A stretch of DNA of 35,333 nucleotides from Priapulus caudatus (GCF_000485595.1 NW_014577080.1:629400-664732); one strand, 5' to 3'; counted from the first letter of the stretch, positions 11,801-35,333 are shown. A program made the numbers and translations. Notes: generated by a model not told the origin, from the sequence alone.

Positions 11801-14800
11801 GCTGAAATCCTACCAGCTAAAATCCAAGTATATTCAGGCAGGCGAGAATTTCGCTCAGCTGTGAGTTAACACATCTGCATTGCAGGTTGCCAGGCAATAA
11901 TTATGATTAGAATAGTGCCAGTTCACCCCCATGCATGCGTAATGGGCTGCCCCCATGTTTTTGCCTATCCAGGCAAGCATTCAGGGTTCATTACAGTGTG
12001 CTAATACAGGGTGCTACTCAGGTGCTAATACACTGCTTTAGAAAATAATATGATTTAAGGAGCGTAAACCTTGTTCAACAAACATTTGCCTTTGTAATTG
12101 AACTGTGCAACTGTAGCCTCACATCCGCAATAGCAAAAGCAGTTCAGTCCTTTGTTAACAGTCAACAAATCCATGTTTAACCCTCCTCTTGAGGGTCAAA
12201 AGGTTATCTGACACTTACTCTTCGCATGTCAGCGGAAAGTACATTTTATGGTCCTTTCAATAAAGCCATAAAAATGGTAGGTCACCGCTGAAACAAAAAA
12301 GTTTTTCAATCGCTCCGTCAGACCATGTCCTCAGAAAATGTCTAAAATCTGCCCTATGCCCTATTGACCTTTGACCTGTGACCTCCAATTTCGGCACAGT
12401 GATGGCTTTTCCTACCATGATGCCATACACCGACTATCACGAGCCTAGGTCGAGCCGTTTAGATTTGTGCTGCAATTCTGCATTTCCTCCCTATACCTTA
12501 AGGAGGGAATGTTCCCCCTTCTTTTACACCTCTTTACCTTTGACCTTTGACCCCCAGCTTCAACATCCCAACTCGTTTTCAGATTACCCCCCACGTCCCG
12601 ACTTTCGAATCCGTACGTCGAGCCGTTTAGATTTGTGCCCAACTGTTGACGGACGGACGGACGGCCGGACGCACGCACGGACAGACCATCATGCGATTCT
12701 ACAAGCTGCATCTGACTATGTCAGATGAGCTAAAAACCACGAATACATGTACAGACAACTGATCACTGACACGACTATGATATAGAGGAAAAGTTGGTCT
12801 AGTAGCGCCACCTATTTATTAGACTTGAATAAATGAGATGCAACTGTCATTGCAGGTATACACTACAAAAACTAAATGATATCCAAGTAAACTAGAAACG
12901 AGCAGTTGTCGCCAACTACATGTATCACCCCATGATCTAGTATGAATGGAATATCTCTGTAAGGACGTAGAAGGCAGGTAAAGTTAAATAAGTCACAAAG
13001 CCAAAGGTTTGTTAGACAACTGGTCTGCCTTAGATGTGCAAGTATATGGAATCTGGTTAACCTAGGAGGCTGAAGAAGAAATGTAAGTCGATGGTCAAGG
13101 TCAAACTAAGGTCAAGGGCAGTGGTGGTTTTGGTATGCGACAGACCTTCTCCCCAAGATGTGTAAGCATACCAAGTTTGGTCGCGCTAGGTCAATTAGGG
13201 GCTGAGTTAGAGATCGGAAGGGAAATATAATCAAGGTCAAGGTCAAGGTGAAATAAAGGTCGCAGTCACCTGGTTTTGGTACTCTGCACACCTTCTCCCC
13301 AAGATGTGTAAGTATACCAAGTTTGGTAGCGCTAGGTGAATTAGGGGCCGAGTTACAGAGCGGAAGGGAAATATGATCAAGGTCAAAGTAAAGGTGAAAT
13401 GAAGGTCGCAGTGACCTGGTTTTGGTACTGTGCAAACCTTCTCCCGAAGATGCCAATCGGTTTTGGTGTGGGCGAAGGAGTCATCGTTGCCAGGGTGGAA
13501 AATGATCAACTTGGCAGGCACTCGGTCCAGCAGGACCAAGTGGCTCTGAGAAGTTACTGTCCTGGTCATAGGTACTGGTCCAGGATTTCTGTCATAGCAA
13601 AGTAATGACTCGGATGTGGGCAAAATAATCAGGCCACAATTAAACAATTTTTTGTTTGCCCTCACCCGAATGAAAGTGTGGTCGGCTTTTTTTTTGAGGG
13701 GGTCTTTTTACAAATTCAGCAATGGTGTCTACGTGCTCAGCGGTGTGCTTGTGTGGAGATACCTTTTATGTTCGCCTACAGATTTATATAAGTGTACATT
13801 GTACAGTGATACAATATACATATAAAATACTTTTAACAACTTGTGTTCATCAGAGTAAATTGTGCATGATTTTATTTCCAGACACACACGCCGCCCACGC
13901 ACGCACGCACGCACGGCACACATACGCCGTAATCTGGAAAATAAAAGCATTAAAATAAAAGGAACTTGAATTAAGAATAAAAATATCTTCTTAGCCACAT
14001 ATTAGTCTTTAAAGGAAAATAAAGTTAATCTGTCAGAGTTAGATCCATAATTATAGTTATCTAATATCTAAATTATAATATAGCGATTCCAATTCAGCGA
14101 AGTTTTGCTGTCGCCTCTCATACCAGCCGTGCCCGGCCACCCCCAGTACTATGTAATAATGAACATGTATGCCACCTGCGCACGCAGGCTGAAAGTGAAA
14201 CAACACATAATGCACTCGCTCCTCCCCCCTACTTCAATCAGTGCCGCCCAGCCAGCGGGCACCTACGCAGCCAGGCTGTGCATAGCCCGTCCAGGCTGTG
14301 CGACGGATTGTCTATACAGCCTGACACCCTTCCATACAAAAAACCTATCACCTCTGCAGATCGAGATAAATAACTCTGTATATCTCAAATAAAACTATTC
14401 CATTACCACCTTTGACTTGCCTTGTTTAAAAATATGAACGTTAACTCACAGTGCTCTGCTTCTAAACTAGAATTTATCTCTTAATTCACGGATTAATCTG
14501 CAATCCTCACAGCATATCAACTTTCAAATCAGCTTTACCCCATTTTACGCAGGCACGAAAACCCGAAACGGAATAATAGACTCGCTAGAAAATACTACAG
14601 AAATAGTGCGATGGCTCTCACGGCAATTACACACCAAAGCAAGTGAAATGATGTTCAGAAATGTGTGGGCCATTTGTAAAAAACCTTAGATGACATGTTC
14701 TCGATGTAGGGGTGGTTTACATAACGACCGCAGATCGTTTAATTTACTTTGTTCGATCCATTGCGGATTTTTAGTCACAGTCGGAATGATAGCAAACATG

Positions 14801-16156
14801 GTGGCAAATTCATAAATTGGTGCATTCGTCTAAAAAAGTTTGCCTGTAACCCGCGTAAGTACCCAGCGCATCGTAGCGCACTGATGGTTACAAGAAGGTG
14901 GACGTTTACTGATTCATTGGTATATCACATGTGTGGTGTTCTTTGGCGATACTTGGAATATAAGCAACTACGTCGTTAGGCTGCAGCGACCGTTTGAGAA
15001 CGGTATCCTAACCCTAGCGATACCGTTTCTGGAGCTAGGCCTTTGCATAGCTCTAGTACTATAGCCGCGTACAATTGCCGCAGACCTGCCACATTACAAA
15101 AACTTTTTAAAAAAATCGGGAGGTCAATAAAAATGGTGTGTCGGCCCTTGGTCGCGGTCCGGTCGGGTGGAGGGCAAACAAACAACATTTTTATTCATGC
15201 CTTCAAGTTTGGTAAATTTTTTTATTTCGCTGTGGCGGCGATTTAATCTAGTCGCCCGCCGCGACCAGCTGACACGAAGCGCAAGCAGTCGCCTCCGGTC
15301 GATTTTCTAATCGGCACACTGCGACCTGGAGAGACGACCCTAGTTTTCACGCTGGTTCCAATGGTAAAAACATTTTCTAGAAATATTGTAGAAACGCTGT
15401 AATTGTAGCTGTTTTCACCGATTGTCATGGATTTGGACACAGGCGCCGAATATAACATGTCCTATTATAATGTATATATTGTCGCTGTGTGCCAAATTTC
15501 ATGACAATTCGGCGTAAACGTGGCAGAAGTTACAGTTTTAGCATTTTTTTCGCACAAAAATGTTGTTACCAGGCAACGAGACTCCACCCAACAAAAACGA
15601 TTGCGTCTTCGCTTTACGATAACGACCTTCATGCGAAATGAAGATGATTCGGAGAAAAACCTGCAGCGGCGTAAGGAAATCTCTGGCGGCGGCGGCGCGG
15701 CCGAACTCAATTCGGGATACAATTATATTATATATATAACTGCTATAGCAGTAGTGTTATAGCCAAATATTAAATCTACCCGCATTGCCAGACAGTGGTT
15801 ACTGAAAGTGTTTAACCATCAAGAATAAAAACCGTTTTGCCTGGGAGCCAGAGACAACATTTTGCAATGATCGACAGGAATTCACCACGGACGACTTGCA
15901 CTAACTAACGTAGAACAGAATACGTACTTGTTAACAAGGTCCTGTAGTTTCTGTATTGGTTCCGGCTCGCCTTCCTTGCCACATGCCAGAACCTCCCCAC
16001 TCTCATACACGCGAATGATTCGATCAGCTGTATTCACAGAAAGCACCTAGACACACCAGCAGTTGACATCAGTCAAGTTTCAGTGTTATAGAGAGAACAA
16101 CACGATGTTAGACTCCTTATAATGGCAGTGTTTACTATACAATGTATGCCCCTCCC

Positions 16157-16199
<43 letters not shown>

Positions 16200-19100
16200 T
16201 CTCTCTCCTCTCTCCTCTCTCTCTGTCTCTCTCTATCTCCCCGTCTCTCTCTACTCCTTCTCTCCTCTCTCTCGTATCTATCTGCTCTCTCTTTCTCTCC
16301 TCTCTCTCTCTCTCCTCTTCCTGCCTCTCTCTTCTTCTCTCTCTCTCTCTCTCTCTCTGCCCCCTCTCTTTCCCCTCCCTCTTCCCTTCTCTATATCTCT
16401 CTGTCTTTCTCCCTCCCTCCTCCCCCTCTCTCCTCACCCTCTTCCTCTCCTTCTTTTCACACTCTCTCCATCTTCCTCTCCTGCCCTCTCTCTCTCCCTC
16501 TCTTCCTTCCTCCCTCTCTCCCTCTCTGTGTCAGCCTGTCTTTCAATCTCTCTGTACCTCTCTCACTCGCACTCTCTCTTTCCCTCTCTCTCTCCCTCTC
16601 TTTGCAATGATGACTACTTACTCTCCTCGCCGTGCAAACTCTATGGACTTGATAGCAGTTGTGTTGGATGTGCCGGTGGTGACACGAAAGGAAGCCACCA
16701 GCTTTAGTGTCTGCGTGTTCAGCACTAGTATCTTGCCACGTGCATTGCCCGTGAATATGTTCTTGCCCCGGCGATCAAATGCTGCCACTATGTTCAAATC
16801 AGACTGCGCAAATAATGAGTTCAATATTGTAAGCTACACTATGACACAATACAGATGAACATGTCACCTAACAACACAGCTAACTCTGATGATGTAGCAC
16901 AATTTCATTGAGTGGTATTGGTACTGTTACCATAGCTCATAGACATATAAATATGATTAAGTTATCACTAGATGCATAAGAAATAAAGACATACATACAT
17001 GCTGAATTATACTATTGAATTTCTATTATAGGTACTAGGGTTCCCCAGTAGATTTCATACCTTACATGTATGAATCAATTACGGTGCAACGGATGCTGGT
17101 AGGTATGATTACATTTTAATTGTAGGTACAATCAAGCTTGTATTGTAATTTGTATTCTGTTGTAAACGAAAATGTGTGGTTTTAAATGTGAATACCTCAT
17201 CGTCTAACGGAAGCACAGAGTGTTTGCCATTAGCATGTACCAGCACAGCTGCATGTTTCATAGGGCACACCAGGAACACGCCACTGTATAAATGAAAGAC
17301 AACATGAAACAGGTTAAGAAACGTATAATACACAACAGCAGCCATAGCACACAAGCATCTTTCGCCCACATGCACACATAAAACTACTTGTTTTTCCACG
17401 ACAGCTATTATTCTGATAATCGTGGTTTAATTTCTTGACAATGTACTATTGTTTCGGTCACTAAAGAGCTGTATTAAAAATGAGAAGAAAAATTAATTAT
17501 GAGACATAGAGAGGAGGTGGCCGTGCTGGCCGTGCTGGTTACCTATCACGTGGGTTGAACTGTACTTTGAGAACAGGTGATGGGAAGCGGTATCGAAAAT
17601 CGCAGTCCCCACTCTCTACATCCCAAATAGCGACGTTGTTATCTGTTGACGCACTTAATAGCTTGTACCCATCTCTACTCCAACTGCAACAAAAGCACAT
17701 AGCTACAGCTACATTAATGGCATATTTATACGACACGGTTACACGACGCATCATCCACTGCGTATTTATACGATGTACGCCTAATCCCTTCCGCAATTCA
17801 CATTTAAATTTTGCCAATATTACTTATGCACTTTCCTGCTGCCGCCATTTGTAGTTCATTAATCTAAAGTGAACAGACAGATGCACGACATATACAAATG
17901 GCAACGGATAATTTCTGCGCAGGCAATTTACATTTTAACATCCAACTCAAGCTGTGCAATTTCGCTTGTAGTCATTTATAGTTCGTTTCTCTAAAATTGT
18001 TCCTTTTTACATCATGTAAAGACATCCATTACATTTTTTTATATATTACCAGTCTCCTACTGGTCATATAACGAGTGATGCATTGACTACCTTAGGCTGC
18101 ACACAGGATGCACGTGTGCAGTCACAACTCTGGCAATGCCACGTGTCAGGAAGTCCCATACAACAATCCTTCCATCATTACAACCAACTGCTAGCAGTGT
18201 GCCTCGTCGGTTAAACTGACAGCAAAGAGCAATGCTCATGCAGTCTAGGGCACCATCGAAATCCTGTAAATAAGAAGTGCTAACGTGTAAAAATATTCAA
18301 AACAAAATGCGAAGCATACATATGCGACAAACACATTTCTGACAAGACGTTGAGCCGATATAATGAAGGCTGATCACAATAGTGCTTATACTCACTGTTT
18401 ATAATAAATCAAAGGAGAGTATGCTACATCATGCAAATTTAACGATATCAAACCTATCCTTCTCTCTATCAATCCTTGTCTGAATTGTTCACATACAGCA
18501 CATACAGATGTAATAATTATTTCAAGGCTAAAATTAACGAAGTGACGCATGTTATCCTGCACGTTATCCTCACGTTTTTTGAAGTGATTTCATATAAATC
18601 TGCTACTCACCTCTGGGTAGTTTTGCCCGAAAGTTTCTGAAAACAATAAAGAGTGTAATTGGTTTTTTTTCAAATTCTATATTACTCATGGCCATATATG
18701 TGTATGTGTATGAATGCGCGTGTACATGTGCACGCACACATGCACTGTAGTGCTAATAATTCCAGTTATATATTTGTATATATGCGTAGATGTAGCCCAT
18801 AAACTAGTGATGGGAATCGGCTGGAATTTCATAATCGATTATCGGTTTCCCTTAACCGATCGATAATCGATTATAATCGGATAATCGGTTAATAATAGCA
18901 TAGATTTAATTTAATCTTACTTTGTATATACAATTATACATAGCATTCAATATTATCATGTTTTATGATCATGTAGGCCTATTAACTCTGTGAAGGTTGC
19001 TGTATGTATATCAATGTCTGTTCCTATACAGTATTTAATCAATTTAAAAAGAAATGGTTTAAATGCCTTTATTAAAACATTAAAAGTTTTAAACAAACAT

Positions 19101-22100
19101 GATCAAGACATGTTCTTTATTATAGTAAGTAAGTTGTTTGTGTTCTAATAGTGTAGGCTGTGTAGCCGAGTTAATGTCCTGCCAATGGAATATCCTCTCC
19201 AACATAATGTAACAAACAATACGGAGAGTAGAATCTCATCTACGGATAACATCTGTGGGACAGTGTCAAACCAAAACAAAGACACTGTCCAATTTGTCCA
19301 TGTCTATAAGTACACTAGTACCGCTCTGCAATCAGACAGGACCTATGTTAACAGTGATTCATGAAGGTGTCCTCTGGACTACACACTGATGCACTTCTAC
19401 TTCGCTACCAATACATGTCCATGTTGCGATTTAGTAATTAAAAAAAAAAAAGTATGTATTTTGTATTTTTGATAATCGATTATTTGTTTTCATAATCGAT
19501 TATCGAATTTGAGACTATAATCGATCGATTTTCGATTATAATCGATCATCGGGACATCACTACCATAAACTGTACATAAACTGTCCCTACTACTACTAGG
19601 AATATTTTTTTAGCTCAACTTTTCTACAACAAAATAAATGGTCACAATTTGTCTCTTCCCCACATGATTAATAGTTACTTCTAAGTTCTAGCACAATCGT
19701 TCCATAACTTCCATTTATTGACTCAGAATTTTATTTAATCAAGGCAACTTCTACTGCACTATCAAATATGCTAAATTGGAATATCTGGTAATTAACACAG
19801 GTTTTCAGTGATCCAAAAGGCTTGTCTTCAGCAGCTGCTACCAAGCAACTTCATTCAGCTTGACAGACATCTAGACAGATTTTCGAAACTGTTGCCAACC
19901 GGTTAATTATATAGATTTATCATAAAAAAATAACGTGAAATCCCATTTTAAAGGGAGAGTTTACTCTAGGTTCTAGGGTTATTTTCAGCTATTTTAGGTT
20001 GTAATTACGCTACATAAAAAGTTTCATGGTTCAATCACCATTAGAAATATTTTTTAAAAATGTTTTAAAACTAACGACTACAGTTTGATTACAACGACGG
20101 TGGCGCCACTCAAAGCGTGCGATCTGATAAGTTGCGCAAAACCACTTTCCAGCCAAGGGCTACAGACCGAGGGTGTTTCTTATTTATTCATTTAAAAGCA
20201 AAAGGATTGTAATATCTTATAAACGACATATAGTTTCAGTTATTATATGGATAAATTTGCCCTAAAATGAATATCGTTCGGTTAAATCGCATTTAGGTAT
20301 AGATATAATTGCACTTTTGTGATTAGCCCTCGGTCTATAACGTGCAAAATAAATGGTCAAATACGCAACTTTTTCGGGGTGGCAGCACGGTCGAGGGTGT
20401 CATGGCGCCGTTCAAATTTCGTAGCGTTGATGTGTAATTAATTATAACAATTAAATTAGGTGTTAGGTAACAAATACGTGTGGGTATAGACGATTTGTTA
20501 TACAGTAAGTACAGTTGTATGCAGTAAAATCCTAGAGGCTACTGTCCCTTTAAATTAGGTATCTGGTAACAAATACGTGTGGGTATAGACGATTTGTTAT
20601 ACAGTAAGTACAGTTGTATGCAGTAAAATCCTAGAGGCTACTGTCTCTTTAAACTTATTCTGGGACTTAGGAACTGTTACAAATAAAAATTAGCCAAAAA
20701 GTCCTTATCCAGCTGTTTAGTATGTTAGCTTAAAGGTGAGTGATCAGTTGTCCTGCTTTGCATGGCATCAGTTTTAAGCACGAAAATATGGCAAATTTCC
20801 AGTTTGACACATACAAAATTAAAATTAAAAAACCTAATGTCAACAGGGGGCATGTTTGTTGTTTCTTTTACTGATCTCTGTATACTAACCGGATAGTGGT
20901 TACCTCATCATGGTTTTATTAGTTTATCACTAGCACAAAAAAATTCTTAACAGCATTGACCGCTATGATCACAATGTACGCAACTGCAGGGTGCGAAATT
21001 AATGCGAGTCCGGAGTCAAATACTCCCTGATTTGACATATGCAAGAGTCCGTGTGACTCCCTGAAAATTCTGCTATACTAACTAGTTCGTTCCAGAGTAC
21101 GGCCTCGAGGAATTACCGTATTTTTTCAGCTAATCTTTAATTTTGAACATCAGACTACGGACTCCCTCTTTTTGAGGGAAGGGAGTCCGCTGGACTCCCT
21201 TGTTCAAAAGTTCATTTTTACCCCTGAACTAGTATTCTCAATCAGGAGTTGGCATTACCAAAGGCAACAATAATGATGTACAAGTCAGTAGAATGACCAC
21301 AGGCATTTAAAACGTTGCGATAATACAATGATGGTAAATAAACACGAAATGTATTTGCTACCAATGTCTTAATGTTTCTCTACTCTCTTTCGCCTATCAT
21401 TAGTAATAATTTCCTGTAAATACCATTCAAATGCTTCTCTGTAACACACAATTTCACCTCATGCATGCCAGTGTGCACAAAAACAGAAATATAGAGCAGG
21501 TGGGAAAGCGTGAGTGCCAAATTCGCACAATTGGCTTGCTTCATTTTGTACCATCACAGCGAAAACACATAAAAAACCACCTCAATTTTGGTATCTACAT
21601 GTAGCCGAATGCTCATTTGTTTGAATTATCACCCTTCCCATTTGGTACAACTTAATTTACCCAGACAGATCTGGTAAATTCATGAGGAAAACTCCCACTC
21701 CACAGTATGTAAATGCTAGCAACTGCCTGTTTATTATCCAAAAGTCTCTAACCGTGCTACTCAAGACAATAGTTTGGCCAATGAATGTCCCGTGTGACAT
21801 CATTCCTATGAGAATCATGCAAGCTTGGATTGGCAGTCCTCATCTTGGAGCTCTGAAGAAGGGAGCGCTTGAACCCAGAAATTAAGAAACGCTGCACCAT
21901 TACTTATGTATATACAAGCAGTTGCTCCCATTTACAATGCCGTGGATTAGGAGTTTTCCTCGGGAATTTAACAGATCTCTGGGGGAATAAAGTTGTGCCA
22001 AAAAATGCAAGGGAGATAATTTTAAAAAGTGAACATTCTGCTACGCATGGATACTTAGATACCAAAATGGAGGTAGTTATTTGTGTATTTTCACTGTAAT

Positions 22101-22495
22101 GGAATTAAATGAAGTGTTGTGTGAATTTGGCGCTAACGCTTTTCCAACTGTGATCTTCTAAGTTCTATATTTCTGTTGAGTGTTGTTTGTGCACCGCTGC
22201 GTGCGTGCGGTGAGAAAAGAGCATTTGAACAGCATTAACGTAGAATTATTAGTCGATAGAGAATACATAAACATTGAAACTTTGAGAGTAAATACATGTC
22301 GTGTTTATTTACCATAACTTTTTATTGAAACGACTGTGAGTGTGAGTATGACGTTGAATCCGCGGGAATATTCCGATACTGACTGCGAGTAGTATACTAA
22401 TTATCTATCACTAATTTAGAGTCCTGGGTACGATAAGTACGATTTGAAAGTTGCGCAGTTCATTGAGTAAACTTACCTAATAATTCTAGATTCAT
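2723..22495 (-). CDS. RBBP5: Retinoblastoma-binding protein 5 (WD40 subunit of COMPASS/MLL WRAD module), 13 coding exons, ~498 aa; exon 7 has an apparent 1-nt deletion
   Basis: Exons joined with GT-AG introns and consistent phases (except exon 7): 22495-22477, 18636-18611, 18263-18091, 17683-17543, 17283-17196, 16803-16622, 16046-15928, 8850-8697, 7417-7228, 6220-6154, 5372-5282, 3441-3333, 2859-2723. Translation [23 protein letters not shown]...[58 protein letters not shown]... matches the RBBP5 sequence I recall. Confidence 0.97.
3333..3441 (-). CDS. RBBP5: RBBP5 exon 12 (ADDPSSAKK...[18 protein letters not shown])
   Basis: 109 nt; basic NLS-like tract, IEL motif. Confidence 0.88.
3717..3835. 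repeat. (CACG)n-rich simple repeat with short internal duplication
   Basis: cacgcacgcactaacgcaaccacacacg repeated. Confidence 0.8.
4608..5200. repeat. ~27-28 bp C-rich minisatellite, about 20 copies, RBBP5 intron 11
   Basis: Consensus cccccatattgtactgccctacccat(c). Confidence 0.95.
5282..5372 (-). CDS. RBBP5: RBBP5 exon 11 ([22 protein letters not shown]...GDQ)
   Basis: 91 nt, cag|...|gtaatc. Confidence 0.88.
6154..6220 (-). CDS. RBBP5: RBBP5 exon 10 ([21 protein letters not shown])
   Basis: 67 nt; VDV WDR5-binding motif. Confidence 0.92.
6714..6788. repeat. (CATGTAT)n repeat bracketed by duplicated gtaacccaagctatcatgta
   Basis: Directly visible. Confidence 0.75.
7030..7190. repeat. TA/TG/TATG low-complexity tract
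   Basis: Directly visible. Confidence 0.85.
7228..7417 (-). CDS. RBBP5: RBBP5 exon 9 (WHPVRPII...[22 protein letters not shown])
   Basis: 190 nt; conserved WSAFAPDF and acidic segment. Confidence 0.96.
7391..8105. repeat. 115-bp tandem repeat containing the RBBP5 exon 9 acceptor and first ~27 nt of the exon (6 copies incl. the real one)
   Basis: Unit starts at 7391, 7506, 7621, 7736, 7851, 8028. Confidence 0.95.
8314..8527. mobile_element. MITE, PIF/Harbinger-like
   Basis: ~42-bp TIRs GGG(G/C)CCGTTGTCAGAAACAAAATTA.TCTTAACATTAGTCTTA; 3-bp TSD CAG at 8311-8313 and 8528-8530. Confidence 0.8.
8697..8850 (-). CDS. RBBP5: RBBP5 exon 8 ([14 protein letters not shown]...GELLLDVA)
   Basis: 154 nt, cag|...|gtgagt. 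Confidence 0.95.
9008..9237. mobile_element. Foldback MITE with CACTA termini
   Basis: CACTATAACCG...CGGTTATAGTG; ~103-bp arms (9008-9110, 9134-9237) differing by one substitution and one indel; TAA on both flanks (TSD). Confidence 0.85.
12340..12736 (+). mobile_element. Helentron-associated (HINE/DINE-like) non-autonomous element, 3' portion
   Basis: Two internal core repeats (cgac...gtcgagccgtttagatttgtgc), TGACCTT motifs, (GACG)n at ~12648-12680, hairpin catctgac-tat-gtcagatg (12709-12727), then A-run. Confidence 0.6.
12890..13452 (+). mobile_element. Element with 146-bp tandem core repeats (HINE-like)
   Basis: Begins aactagaaacg; ccttctcccc recurs at 13145, 13291, 13437; GGTCAA-rich. 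Confidence 0.55.
15928..16046 (-). CDS. RBBP5: RBBP5 exon 7 ([14 protein letters not shown]...QKLQDLVN), frameshifted by 1 nt as given
   Basis: 119 nt where 120 is needed to keep phase; tag|GTGCTTTCTGTGAATACAGCT...AACAA|gtacgt. Confidence 0.9.
16150..16602. repeat. Degenerate (CT)n polypyrimidine tract, RBBP5 intron 6
   Basis: ~450 nt, nearly all C/T. Confidence 0.95.
16622..16803 (-). CDS. RBBP5: RBBP5 exon 6 ([13 protein letters not shown]...[10 protein letters not shown])
   Basis: 182 nt, cag|...|gtaagt. Confidence 0.95.
17196..17283 (-). CDS. RBBP5: RBBP5 exon 5 (GVFLVCPMK...VLPLDDE)
   Basis: 88 nt, AG/GT bounded. Confidence 0.93.
17543..17683 (-). CDS. RBBP5: RBBP5 exon 4 ([15 protein letters not shown]...VQFNPRD)
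   Basis: 141 nt, AG/GT bounded; within ORF 17539..17817. Confidence 0.95.
18091..18263 (-). CDS. RBBP5: RBBP5 exon 3 (DFDGALDC...[18 protein letters not shown]...HPVCSL)
   Basis: 173 nt, AG/GT bounded, WD40 repeat. Confidence 0.95.
18611..18636 (-). CDS. RBBP5: RBBP5 exon 2 (ETFGQNYPE)
   Basis: cag|AAACTTTCGGGCAAAACTACCCAGAG|gtgagt, 26 nt. Confidence 0.93.
18805..19562. mobile_element. Non-autonomous hAT-like DNA transposon
   Basis: Termini TAGTGATG...CATCACTA; perfect 8-bp TSD CCATAAAC (18797-18804, 19563-19570); clusters of subterminal ATCGAT/TAATCG motifs at both ends; no transposase ORF. Confidence 0.9.
19952..20549. mobile_element. TTAA-flanked non-autonomous DNA transposon (Kolobok- or piggyBac-like target site), right end tandemly duplicated to ~20652
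   Basis: TIR AGGGA(G/C)AGT...CTCTAGG, TTAA at 19948-19951 and 20550-20553; 99-bp duplication of the right end. Confidence 0.65.
20987..21226. mobile_element. Degenerate MITE (CAGGG...CCCTG) with internal GGAGTC/GACTCC motifs
   Basis: Imperfect TIRs, repeated subterminal motifs; TSD not clear. Confidence 0.45.
21284..22384. mobile_element. Old ~1.1-kb foldback element (long degenerate inverted repeat)
   Basis: Colinear reverse-complement blocks, e.g. atggtaaataaacacga / tcgtgtttatttaccat, gaggaaaactcc / ggagttttcctc, gtcagta / tactgac. Confidence 0.75.
22477..22495 (-). CDS. RBBP5: RBBP5 exon 1 (MNLELL)
   Basis: ATGAATCTAGAATTATTAG|gtaagt, 19 nt. Confidence 0.93.
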
Positions 22496-22719
22496 GATTA
22501 GACAGTGATTATAGTATTAGCATTTCAATAAATACTTCTTGTTTAGATTTTTACTTTGTCGGCGTGCGGGTAGGTGGCGCGACGAAGGGGATGGTCAATT
22601 GTCGTTCATGCCTTTGCGTTTCTTTGCGTTGGGAGAAAGTTGTTACACGTTAGTCTGTGTTTGTTACTTGACCATGTATGAATTTATTTTACATTATTAC
22701 ATCTAATTTGCTGGCTAAG
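22496..22719. promoter_or_regulatory. Compact bidirectional promoter/5' UTR region shared by RBBP5 and POLR3B
   Basis: 224 bp between divergent ATGs; small CpG-rich core ~22558-22590 (includes TGGCGCGA) and direct repeat ctttgcgtt x2. Confidence 0.75.

Positions 22720-35333
<12,614 letters not shown>

Noticed and set aside
13690..15770. CpG-richer intronic segments with short ORFs, probably TE remnants
   Set aside because: Could not define termini or any transposase/RT motif by eye
16030..16046. Programmed -1 ribosomal frameshift in RBBP5
   Set aside because: No X XXY YYZ slippery site; a sequencing indel is far more parsimonious
16122..16858. Ser/Leu-rich and Arg/Glu-rich ORFs
   Set aside because: CT/GA tract artefacts, partly antisense to RBBP5 exon 6

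Overview
Animal (invertebrate, possibly lophotrochozoan; inference from repeat types) genomic DNA containing two intron-rich housekeeping genes arranged head-to-head, with only 224 bp between their start codons. On the minus strand is a complete 13-exon RBBP5 (WD40 core subunit of COMPASS/MLL H3K4 methyltransferase complexes; CDS 22495->2723, ~498 aa) with an apparent 1-nt deletion in exon 7. On the plus strand are the first 23 exons of POLR3B/RPC2 (second-largest RNA polymerase III subunit; from 22720, ~957 codons, continuing past the window). Introns hold many non-autonomous elements: a hAT-like element with 8-bp TSD, CACTA-ended and Harbinger-like MITEs, a TTAA-flanked element, a tRNA-derived SINE, Helentron/HINE-like elements and an old 1.1-kb foldback, plus mini/microsatellites. 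The most unusual pattern is that at least five tandem duplications copy an exon-intron junction itself, creating arrays of decoy splice sites, including an array of AG|GT-joined 'mini-introns'. Exons flanked by such repeats tend to have high GC3. Most ORFs in the supplied track are repeat artefacts or exon read-throughs. All coordinates were read by eye.
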